A stretch of 63,090 nucleotides of DNA, the filler included, from Cercozoa sp. M6MM (Eukaryota > Protista > Endomyxa: Ascetosporea): assembly GCA_040357565.1 (NCBI GenBank). It is 12 parts of 12 records of this genome, joined end to end, with 100 filler letters (N's around TTAATTAATTAA, not from the genome) between each part and the next. Parts side by side here need not be neighbours in the genome. Positions count along the whole stretch, not along the records: positions 28,480 to 33,135 come from JBDODJ010001085.1; positions 33,236 to 34,686 come from JBDODJ010002030.1; positions 34,787 to 39,146 come from JBDODJ010001161.1; positions 39,247 to 55,119 come from JBDODJ010000296.1; 8 more parts are not named here. One strand, written 5' to 3'. The notes below the pieces were generated by a model. That model was not told the origin of the DNA. It did not search any database and saw only the letters and a list, made by a program, of their open reading frames with translations. How positions within the stretch are numbered: the first letter of the stretch is position 1; every line of letters begins with the position of its first letter. This document shows, one piece after another, positions 30,059 to 40,863 of this stretch. Made by a program: the position numbers and the translations under genes.

Positions 30059-32411
30059 ATGGGGCTCGAGTTGTCCCCTGTGCGATCTCTCTCGGTCACC
30101 ACTGAAAAATACAAAAAAGAAGTGACCGTGTGTTTGTGTGCAGTGCGATGAAAAACGACTCAGGCGATATTTTGTGCTCTTCTCGCTGTGCAGTTTCTTC
30201 CCCGTGTCAAGCGTTTTTCTCTTTGTGGACTGTGCGTTTCTCCTCAGGACAAACTATACAAAAAACAAAAACCAACATTCGCTAAGCAGACTTGAAACAC
30301 AAATTTCCGGACGACGATGCGCCATTTTTGGTGAACGCGGCGACTCAGTCGACTCTTTTTTTTGGCACGCTTTTGCAGGTAGTGTTTTATTTTCCGTATC
30401 TTGATTTTTCGTATGTTGTGCGTTTCTCCCAGATGATTTTCAATGTGCACCAATACGCCATGGAGAAACGGTTTTCGGTGGCCTGTTTGATTGCGGTAGT
30501 CGTTGCGCCGCTTGGTAGAGTTTATACCCTACCCTCCCCCTACAGCCCTTAACCCCTTAACCCAGCTCTGGTGCTGCCGGACGTGGCGATGGTCACGACG
30601 GTGGCGGCGCTGATCGGCGCGATTGGCGCCGTGCTCAATTCGGTCAACTCCTTTCTGGGCGGTACTTACCCCCTGTTTACCCCCTTGCTTATCCCCCTCC
30701 CTGTTTGTTCCCTATTTACTTACCTTTTTACCCACCCTCTTTAGCACCTACCTACCCCCTATTTACTTACCTATTTACTTACCTTTTTACCCACCCTTTA
30801 AGCACCTGCTACCCCCTATTTACTTACCTATCTACTTATCTACTCCTATCTACTTACCTATCTACTTACCTATCTACTCACCTATCTACTTGCATATTTA
30901 CTTACCTATCTACTTACCTATCTACTTACATGTTTACTTACCTATCTACTTACCGATTTACCGATTTACTCCGTTACCCCTGTTTAGCCACCTATTTAGC
31001 CACCTATTTAGCCACCTATTGAACCGTCTCTTAACCTCCTTACCCCCCCCCAGGCGCGATGGGCCAGCAGTTCATCGTGCTGGTGTCGTCGATGTTCTCG
31101 ATCACGCAGCTGCTGTTCCTGTCGGTGAAAGTGGCGGCGCGACTGGTGTTGGAGAGCGTGGGACTGAGCACTTCGGACGCCGTGCTGGTGGCCTCCATCG
31201 TGGTGGTCACTGTGGCCGGACTGCTCTACCTGAGTGCTGTCGTTGTGATGCGACGTCGCTTCCTTCGCATGCCTTTCGTGAGGTGGCGACTGCACCTGCC
31301 GCCGCTCAATGAGGAAGTCGTTGTTGCCGACGTTGAGGTGTTTTCCCCTCCTGTTTACCCACCTCTTTACCACATGTTTATCGCCCTTTTTAACTCCTAT
31401 TTACCTCCCTATTTATCACCCTGTTTACCTCTCTGTTTACCTCCATATTTACCCCCTATTTATCACTCTATTTATCACCCTATTTTATCACCCTATTTAC
31501 TCACCTATTTACCCCCTATTTACTCACCTATTTACCCCTATTTACTCACCTATTTATCACCCTATTTACCAACCTATAACCCCCTATTTACTCACCCTAT
31601 ACCCCCCGTTACCCCTCCCCCCACCCCGCAGGAGCAGAGCGATGTGTCAACAGAGTCGCCACCAGGGTCACCGATCTCACAGGAGGAAGGATCGGTCAAT
31701 GTGGTCTCGGAGACAGAGACGGTGCAGAACTACGGCGACGCGTGGTCGAACCGTCGCATGCGCGTGATCTTTTTGACGATGCTGCTGACCATGGTGTGCT
31801 CGTCGGCCTTGTTCCCGGCCACCTTGTCCAGTCTGGACAGTACCAGCGATGCTCTCAACGACGCCGACTGGTTCGCGCAGCTCCTCGTCGGCGTCTTTGT
31901 TTTTACCGACCTCACGGGCCGCGTCGCTGTGCAGAAGTGTATGCCTGACCCCCCTCCCCAACCAACCCAACCCAACCTAAATCTCCCACCCAACCAGCAC
32001 ATCCCCACGTTGACCTTAGATGAAAAAGTGAGAGTCAACAAGCTCGCGCCGCTCTTCGTCTTTGTCTTGCTGCGCTTTTTCGTAATACCCCAATTTTCGT
32101 ATTTTCCTTGACAAATACGAAAATTAATGTCTGAGTGTTTTTCACTCTATTCGTGTGCTTAGATGTGGTGGCCGATCCTGGTGCAGTTCTACGAGGAAAA
32201 CGAGCAGACTGTGCAGCCGATTGTGGTCACAGGCGTTCTTGGGATCACACACGGCTGGCTCAACTCGCTGTGTTTTGCTCTGGCCGTCGACGTGCCGTTC
32301 GAGATCGCCGTGCGCGGCCTCAACTCAGTGCTTGTGCTTGGCGCGGTGCTCGGCGGCCAGTGGGTAGGCTCGCTCATCAGTATCGTGTTCGCACGCACCA
32401 ATTCAAACTGA
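30059..32411 (+). CDS. Equilibrative nucleoside transporter (ENT/SLC29 family)
   Basis: About 11 hydrophobic segments with a large central loop; ENT motifs SALFP, VFVFTDLTGR, LLRFF, GITHGWLNSLCF, GQWVGS. Confidence 0.82.
30665..31050 (+). repeat. Intronic 12-mer minisatellite (CCTATYTACTTA)n and related C-rich tract
   Basis: Direct reading; a related tract in the next intron at 31340-31628. Confidence 0.9.
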
Positions 32412-32578
32412 GGTTAATGAAGGTTAGACATTTATTTCACACTCGATGAAGTGCAAGCCAGTCTCAGCGCAGTCTGCAAAGAGATTTTAGTTTTTATGGC
32501 GGGAAAATTAGAGCAATCATCCAACTTCGAAAAGCTGCGTTTGGATGTGCTTAGTCAGCTTAGTGGCGTGCAGATAGT

Positions 32579-33096
32579 ATGAGCACATCTACGGACACAG
32601 TGCTCGGGAAGCGGCGCCGGCAGTCACTGGATCAGAGCGAGATGGAGACTCAGGCACTTTTCGACACGCTCGATACCGGTTACTCCAGCTTGCTCGTGTG
32701 CCGCCTGTGTGCACAGATTGTTTGTTTCGTGCACAGATGACACTGTTGTGCACGAGCGAGGCGAAGAAATCGGTGAATTCGACCTCCTTTTTTGCATCTC
32801 TCTGCATCCGCGTGGAAGGTTTTGTTGACATTTGCCCAGTGCACCGCGAGTTCTATTACCTCGAGGCGCACTTTAAAGGCAACGTTTTGAGCTCAAAGAA
32901 CAATCTGCAGGATGTGGTACCTCGACTCGTGCAGGAGCTTTGCTTTGTTTCGAAATCGAAAGCTTTGTTTCAAAATTAAAGCTGTTTCGAAATTGAAAGC
33001 TTTGTGTTTGTGCTTCAGGGCCGGGATCGCATCATTGTGGGACGCAACAACAAAGCTTTTCAGAAGTACTTGGGCAGATTCGTAGGCTTTCCAGTT

Positions 33097-33135
<39 letters not shown>

Positions 33136-34650
33136 NNNNNNNNNNNNNNNNNNNNNNNNNNNNNNNNNNNNNNNNNNNNTTAATTAATTAANNNNNNNNN
33201 NNNNNNNNNNNNNNNNNNNNNNNNNNNNNNNNNNNCAAAGAGAGCGGTGCGGACAGGACAAGAAGACGGTGCTGCTGCCGAACGAAGTGATCGATCTCAA
33301 CGTGCCACGTCGGCCGACTCACTCGGTCCTGGGTCGGTACAAATGGACACACACAGTCGGACTAGTTAAGGGGGCGTCTGTGCAGAGAGGAAGCTCCCTG
33401 CGCCTTTGTGGACCTTTGTGTGGCGCCGCTCGATTCCGAAAACTACGTCTGGTCCGTCATTACGGGTGCGTTTACCCCCCTGTTTACCCCCCTGTTTACC
33501 CCCCTGTTTACCCCCCCTATTTACCCCCCCCCCTATTTACTCTCCTATCTACCCCTGTTTAACCCCCCTATTTACCTCCCTGTTTACCCCTATACCCTAT
33601 ATACCCCGACCCCCCTATATCCCCTATATCTACCCCTTCCGCGCGGACAGATGTGCCGCTTGACCGTGTCGGCACTGTGGAGCACTTTGCGCAGCAGCTG
33701 GCGCCGGTACGAGTGTTTACCCCCTCCCCCTTTACCCCCCTCCTTACTCCTACTCTCTGTTGTGTGTGCGACAGGGCATTCAGAACAAGGAAGCAGAACT
33801 CGCGAAAATTCAGCGCATTCGCGATTTGCCTTTCGGTACGCATTGAAAAGTGCTTTGCTTCGAAATCGAGTTTTGCTTTGCTTGCGGGATTGAGTTGCTT
33901 TGCTCGAAATTGAGTTGCTATGTTTCGAAATTGAAAGTGCTTTGAAATCGGAGAGCTTGCTTTGATATGGAAGAGCTTTGCTTCAAAATTGACTTGCTCT
34001 CCTTCGAAATTGAGTTGCTCTGCTTCGAAATTAAAGAGCTTTGCTTCGAAATTTAAGAGCTTTGCTTCGAAATTGGAAAGCTTTGTGTGAAATCGAGTTG
34101 CTTTGCTTTGGAGATTGAGTTGCTTCGCTTTGGAGATTGCGTTGCCTGGGGCAGACAAGGAGGAGAAGGACCTGGAGGCCTGGATCGCGTCGCACCAGGA
34201 GTCGCTGCGGCAGCACGCGCCGCGCAATATCTTCGTGAGTCGCGTCGCTAGAATGAAAGAGCTTTGAGTGTGATTTCGAAATGTGTGCTTTGCGTATGCA
34301 GCTCATGAGTGAAGTGCGTCTGTCGCGTGGCGGTAGTTTTACCCCCCCTCTTACCCCCCTCCTAACCCTATCCCTCTTGCCCCCCCTACCCCCCCCCCAG
34401 GCATCGTGGAGACGGTGCTGTGCAGTCCGGTGCGTCTGGAGAACAAGACGGGTCACGACGTCCGCGCGTACGGTCAGAGGTACAGCTGGACCTCCCGTTT
34501 GGACCTCCCATTTAGACCTGTATATCTGGACCTGTCCATCTGACCTGTCCATGTGTACCGGACTGAGTGTGTGTGTGTGTGTTTGTGTGCAGTGAACACG
34601 TGCCGCTTCTGTGCGCTCAACTGCGCTCGTGGCAGTTCTGTCTCAACGTA
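32579..34650 (+). CDS. Hypothetical protein with possible N-terminal FHA domain (interrupted by the linker at 33180, truncated at 34687)
   Basis: NLS-like GKRRR; RIIVGRNN and ..KKTVLLPNEVIDL resemble the start and end of an FHA domain; the same intronic minisatellite occurs on both sides of the linker. Confidence 0.4.
33850..34145 (+). repeat. Intronic ~21-bp minisatellite, consensus GCTTTGCTTCGAAATTGAGTT
   Basis: About 14 degenerate head-to-tail units; related units at 32937-33005 and 34255-34292. Confidence 0.9.
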
Positions 34651-34849
34651 CGCACGCCTTCTCTGTCCTGGGGGGGGGGGGGGGGGNNNNNNNNNNNNNN
34701 NNNNNNNNNNNNNNNNNNNNNNNNNNNNNNTTAATTAATTAANNNNNNNNNNNNNNNNNNNNNNNNNNNNNNNNNNNNNNNNNNNNCACACACACACACA
34801 CACACATACACACACACACATTAATACAACTAGAAGGAACACATGGCAC

Positions 34850-35865
34850 ACAGGTACATCAGCAGAAGTGCGAGCGGCCAGCAGCAGCGACAGTGCAACG
34901 CGCAGATGCACATCCTGACCCTCGCTCTTGTTGATGGAGTGCGCCACTTGCTCCCACGTCTCCGTGTTCGTACTTGTACTGTACACACGCACACACACAC
35001 ACACACATACACACTGACACAAAGACACGGATGCACACACACGCATAAACACACACAGATGCACACACACACACATACACAGATGCACACAGACCAAGGC
35101 GTATATAGGTGCACCTCAGGAACAAAGCAGCCAGGTCGAGTCGCTGTGCAGCCAGAAAGGCCTGTGTGGCACCTTTGAAATCCAGAGTTGCCGCCTTGAG
35201 GGCACCCAAGACCACTTGCGATATCTGGTACTTTTCCGAGACACCGTCGGTGTCGCTGGCACCGTGATCACTCGAAGTCGCATGCAGCACAGTGTCGATG
35301 ATGCTTTTCCGAGCGGGACGACTGCTCGTGTCACCAACCTCGTCATTCTCACGGTTGCGCAGTGCCGCAAGCAGCGCCTTCTTCCGCGTATTAAAGTCGC
35401 CTGCTTCCAGTTCCTTGTGTTGCTGTAGCACCAGACCCTATCCCCGCTCAGCCCCAGAACAGGACAAAGCAAGCAGTCAACTACCGGAGCAGTTGGAAAG
35501 TGATGCCGACTGTCGCCGAACTTGACGAAACTTGCGCCTCTGTGCACACAACCACAGACACTGCGACAGTCGCTCAGGAAGGCAGCAGTGCGACTACGTT
35601 GACTCTGGAGGCATCGCAGTCAGCAAGAAGGCATTGTTTGAGTCTGTATTTCAGTCCATGTGTTCACACTCACTGCATCAAAGTTTCAACTGAAGGCATA
35701 CCCAGCAATCCAGGTGTGCACAACTGCACCACTCTCTGCTCAACAACATGAAGACATACTACCCCTTAACGAACTAGACAGATGGAAGAAAAGGTACTCT
35801 TCTCCACAAAGCGTCGTAGCGTTTCGCATACCCGAATTTACTAAAGTCAAACGGGATTTCTACTC

Positions 35866-35899
<34 letters not shown>

Positions 35900-37744
35900 G
35901 TCACAATACTCAGCGCAGGATACGTGACTGTTCGATCCAAATCGTGCTGCGTTCGAGTGGCTGCCTTCAAAACACCCACGTTCAGCGAAGCACATGCATG
36001 CACTCTGCTCATACCAACCAACCAACACAGAGTAATTTCACTTGTTCACTCACAGCTGATTTCGAAGCTATTCACCTTCTCCCACAGGCGACTAGTGTGG
36101 TGTGCACATCGGAACAGACATCATGCACAGCCTCTGTGCTAGCATACAAGTCGCTGCCGAATCCATTTTGAGCCAATCGAAGAAACGTTGGGTCGTCCGC
36201 GCGGATGGGTCTGAGGACATGAGATTAAACTCGTCAGAGAATATTGCAGACAATGAGTGTATACCTGGTAAAAGCAGCCGTACGAAGCAAGTTCTCGCAT
36301 CTGACAGTTTTATCTCGCAGCAGCACCGCCTGCTTTCGCCAAAAGGCGATGCGCAGCTTTTCTCCCTGCAAAATCGCAAAATAAAAACTCAAAACTCTCA
36401 AGTGAAAAAGAAGAAAAACATCATTGTTTCAATAGTTTACCCGAAAGCTGCGTTCACTTTCGACGTGCCAGACGAAGCGATCTTCCGTTTGCACAGCACG
36501 CACTACCAAAATTGAAAGCACAGGTTATTTGATTCAAAAGCTGTCAGAATTTGCGGAAGCTTCTTCGAGACTGAAAGCTCGTCCGAGTGACAGTGCTTGT
36601 GAGAGAAACGCAAGTCACCAGTGACCGTTTTGATGATGTCGTTGTTGCGAATTGCGATAAAGATGAGATCGTCCTCCGCGCGGACCGTCTCGATCCGCCC
36701 GGCAGGCAGCATGAGCGTCTTGACGCGCTTCCGCGGCGAAATGAACAGCTGCAGCTGCCGCTCCTGCCTCGCAGAAACAACAACAAGTATAAAAACAACA
36801 ATCAAGAAGAAACAACAAACAGACAGCATAAAACAACAACAACAGAAAAATAGCAATAAGGATTTAAAAAAAGATAAAAACAACGTAAAAGATAAAAGCA
36901 GCGTAGGGGATAAAAACAACAAGATTAATAACAAGAACAAAACAACAAGAAAGAAAAAACAACAAAAAGTAACAAAGCCAGAAACGCGGAAGGGTACAGC
37001 AACACAGGCGATCACTTGCGTCGCCGACTTGCCGCGACCGAGACGCAGAGCGCGCACGAAACGCGGCCGCGCGGAAGGCGAGGCAAAACGCTGCGCCAAT
37101 GTTGTGCGACTGAGTGATCACACACACTTGCAAAAAAAAGGAACGGGTGCAGCGCGAGAGGACTACCCGGACACAGCGTGCACAAGCAGCAGACGTCGCT
37201 CGCGCAGTGCGACGACATGATCCGACCAACGAGGCCAGTAGGCGTCGCCTGTGGGCACAACACGCGCACTTTCGTCCGTCTCGCTCTCGGTGTCGAAGTC
37301 CTCGGGAGCGCAGGCCTCGGGATCGTCCGACACCGTCAGCAGGTCGCAGCGCTGCCGCCGCACCAGAGCCACGCGCAGGCTCACACTGCTGCTGGTGTGA
37401 CCTGCTGCCGTGTGACACATGGCCACTATGCCCGAGTACCGTGCCATCATCTGCAACTCTATCGCACTGCTCGACACGTCCGCGCGCAGCACAACGGCCT
37501 CGCCGTCCGCGCGGACGCACGAGATCGCCAATGCAGACGACTGCGGCCACCCGGACACAGCGACCTGACGCACTGGCACGCCGCCTCTGAGCGCCCACTC
37601 TGCACTCACGTACGGCATCCACGCTTTCGTTGCCGTCTTTTGTCTCGCCGCCTCCCGGCCGATCAAAGCCACCACTAGCGCATCCCCGCGGACGAAAGTC
37701 ACCACCGTGCCAGCAGCACACACGACGGTGTCGCTTTTCGACAT
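34850..37744 (-). CDS. Large protein with beta-rich (propeller-like) N-terminus and helical C-terminal region, truncated at the linker
   Basis: Long coding-like exons (MSKSDTVVCAAGTVVTFVRGDALVVALIG...; LDFKGATQAFLAAQRLDLAALFLR). Architecture is reminiscent of WDR11/WDR17-type proteins but not diagnostic. Confidence 0.5.
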
Positions 37745-38071
37745 TCTCTTTCGTGGGTGACCAAGTGCACACAATGTCCAAATGACACCCGTTCGTCAGA
37801 TTGAACTATTCACGCACCGTACCTGCAAGAAAAGCGTGTTTCTTTTGATTTTGAATCCACCCGGCTCACTTCCGTTGAGCCGAAAATCGTTGTTGCAAAA
37901 ATTGCTAGTTTCGTGTTTCTGAACGACCTACGCTTCTTGTTCACGCTTCAGAGCAGTCTGGAAAGAAGTTTGCTCGATTGACTGCCCGTCAAAGCTGGTA
38001 GACATGATTGTTTTTTGTGGTCGTGTGGCCAACAGCCAACCAACGGTTTTCGGTTTTGTAGGAGATCGGTC

Positions 38072-38364
38072 ATGTCGGAAGCGCAGTTGGCTCTCGCTGT
38101 TGCCGAGAGAGACGCTCTCGCCGAAGAACTGGCGGCACTCGAGCGTGCCGAACAGCCTGAGGCTTCGGCACAGGCACTGGTGAAAACGCTCCAGGTAAAT
38201 TTAAGCTTACGATGGCTGTGACCTGCAAAAAGTTAACGTTCATACAAGATCACACACGAATACTTACGCTTGCCAATGCTATGTAGAGTCGCACAGATCC
38301 ATTGCAGCAAGAGAACGAATGGACTCAACCCGTTGGCGGCGGTGGTTGTTGCAATGTGATGTGA
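38072..38364 (+). CDS. Heterotrimeric G-protein gamma subunit
   Basis: Two exons give MSEAQLALAVAERDALAEELAALERAEQPEASAQALVKTLQ|SRTDPLQQENEWTQPVGGGGCCNVM*: coiled coil, DPL motif, N.W, and CaaX box. Confidence 0.85.
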
Positions 38365-38900
38365 CGGAGGGTGTGAATGTCCCATCGCAACAACAACAAA
38401 AACGACAACTCGCACTGTCGCGATCAATATACATGTGGCCGTGTCTTTTGGGTCTGTGCTGGTGTACTGCTCAATGTAATTGCTATTGTTCGACACGACT
38501 GACGGGAGTTCGTATTTACTGTAGTCATATCAATCCGTTCGACTTGCTGTACTGTACTTAATTTAGTGACTGGCAGTATTGCATGATCCAGCCTGGAGGA
38601 TGGCTTCACCTACTATACAGACGACAGGCATTCATTCAGTTCATTCAGTAGAGTGTATGAAACTAGAAACCGACCTACGTGAAATAGTCTGCTTTCTTTA
38701 CCGCAGCCCTCTCAGATAGGGTACTGCCAGTGATGCGTCCTTGGAGGGAGGGAGAGAGACCAGGCGTCCGTGAAACAGTGAGTCACAGGTCAGGATACAA
38801 GCAAACACGCGTCGAAATCTTCCGCACCGCTATTGAGGTTTTTTGTAAGTCTTAAAGTGGCTTCCGCGCGGATACAGTAGATCATACTGTAACATTTCAC

Positions 38901-39135
38901 TTAGTCCTGCGTCGGCTCGAGCACCGGCGAGAAGTCCGTGGCCGACGGCACACCTGCCGCCGACTGAGCAACGACCGACTCAGGCACATTGATGGGCTCA
39001 CTGATGGGCTCAGTCATGGGCTCAGGTTCCTGCAGGTCGGAGCGCGCGTACGGCTCCTCCTGTGCGGCGTGCGGCGCCAGCGTCGAGTGCACCGAGTCGC
39101 TGCTGTCGATGGTCGGTCTCTTGGCCGTCTCTACC
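38901..39135 (-). CDS. Last exon of a hypothetical protein (Pro/Glu/Ser-rich tail)
   Basis: AG acceptor next to poly-C; open frame to TAA at 38901. Confidence 0.45.
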
Positions 39136-39486
39136 GGGGGGGGGGGNNNNNNNNNNNNNNNNNNNNNNNNNNNNNNNNNNNNNNNNNNNNTTAATTAATT
39201 AANNNNNNNNNNNNNNNNNNNNNNNNNNNNNNNNNNNNNNNNNNNNTACATAGGACTATTTTTGATCGGCCAACTTCACTGCATTTAGCTGTACTTACTG
39301 TACTGCACTGTACAACATACCCGACGATCTGGATACACTGTACATTATGATGTACGCTGGTCAAACTTTTTTAAAGGTGCGGTTTGACTATAAGCACCTT
39401 ACAGTCGATTGCGCGCAACAGCGCACCCATTAGCGTGCCGAAGTGCTAGCCAACACAGATTTTGCTAGAGCGAGTCCGATCAACAA

Positions 39487-40396
39487 ATGCGCGCTATTGC
39501 CCAAGCAGCCCGACGAGCCACATGGCGCCGATCGGCGATGCGCGCTGCGTCCGTAAATGTCGAGAATGCCGCTTTTATCGCCGACGATGTGCGCGTACAG
39601 GTAGGGTTTTCTCGCTTGCTTGCTGGTACCTATATGTCCGTATGTATGCCATATGTATGTCTATATGTATGCAGGACACCGTCTCGCTAGACATGCAGCC
39701 CGACAGCTCGATTTTCTTCAAGAGTTCTGTGCGCGGCGCCGATACTGTGCGGATTGGCGCAAGGTCGTACCAAACACCCCTACCGGGAAAGAAGAAACTT
39801 GTAGAAATGCTACGTGTACTGCAGAAATGTGCAGGACGCATGTGTATTGTTGGCGCACGAAGGCGATGTTGAGGTTGGTGACGATGTGACGATCGGTCAT
39901 GGCGCCACATTGGTTCTTTCTTGATACAACATTGGCACACTTGTGTTGGTACTTTTGTGTATTTTTGCGTCTGCTTGCCTCTAGGTCGCGTGCACGGTCG
40001 AAGATAAAGCAGTGATTGGTAGCATTTGTTCGTTTTGTGTAGTATACTTCCGAGTCAATGTTTCAACCAGGCATCGGAGCCTCGTGCATGAAGAGTTCAC
40101 GCGTGGGTGAGGGAGCCATTCTGGCTGCCGGTGCAGTGCTTAACCCTGGCGACGAGGTACTCTAGTGCACTCATTTTCTGGCCCGTCACTTTATGTTTGG
40201 CTTAGATCCCGGCTGGTGAGCTGTGGGGAGGCAGACCTGCTGCAAAGATTCGTGATGTTACGGTGTGTTTGGAGCTCACTCGTTCTCTCTCGTCTGTCAT
40301 GCAAACTACTTGGTCTTTCTGTAGGAAAAGGAAAGTGCTGCCTTTGCTGCCGGTGTGACTGAGTACGTTTCGCTGGCCAAGGACTACGCCAACTAA
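39487..40396 (+). CDS. Mitochondrial gamma-carbonic anhydrase-like protein (complex I CA domain)
   Basis: Arg/Ala presequence; hexapeptide repeats VRIGARSNVQDAC...VEVGDDVTIGHGATL|VACTVEDKAVIGIGA...AILAAGAVL...IPAGELWGGRPAAKIRD; C-terminal YVSLAKDY helix. Confidence 0.9.
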
Positions 40397-40863
40397 TCAC
40401 TGACAAATGGCGAATTATCACGCCAAGCGGTGCGTGAATCATTTGATCTGAAGCATCCTTTCGCTTCAATTCAAATTGGATCGTCGCGTCCGTCGATCGC
40501 GGCGGGGCTCCGCTCGGACTTTGAAGCTAAAGTCCGATCGCACGGTTGGCGGTAGCGTACTAGTACGTACGGTAAAATATCTAGAGTATGAGGAAAAATA
40601 AATAAACTGATATCTCGAGAGCAATCGATTTCGAGAAATACTGACATTTCCAGAAATTTTTTGACTGTTTCAAATGACGTTTCCAGAAATGCCCACAATG
40701 GATATGCATGTATACCTACCACATACTGGGTATGAAGCGGCTCCAGTTGTCCGGTCACATCAGACAATCCGTGGGTTGTTCGGTTCAATGAATCCACTGC
40801 ACTGGCAGTTCGACAATGCAATCATGCAAAATCGTCCTCATCCGCAATTCTGAATTTTGCTGT

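Noticed and set aside
33850-34145. CRISPR-like array or 7-aa repeat protein (minus ORF 33568-34227)
   Set aside because: Units are head-to-tail with no unique spacers and lie inside a GT-AG intron; the antisense ORF is a by-product of the 21-bp period.
38720-38780. Hammerhead ribozyme (GAAA next to a short stem)
   Set aside because: No CUGANGA core in the required position.
39487-40396. Stop-codon reassignment suggested by the short ORFs
   Set aside because: Conserved genes splice cleanly with GT-AG introns and end in TAA (gamma-CA, V-ATPase G), TAG (NLE1, LYAR) or TGA (G-gamma, ENT); no in-frame stops remain.
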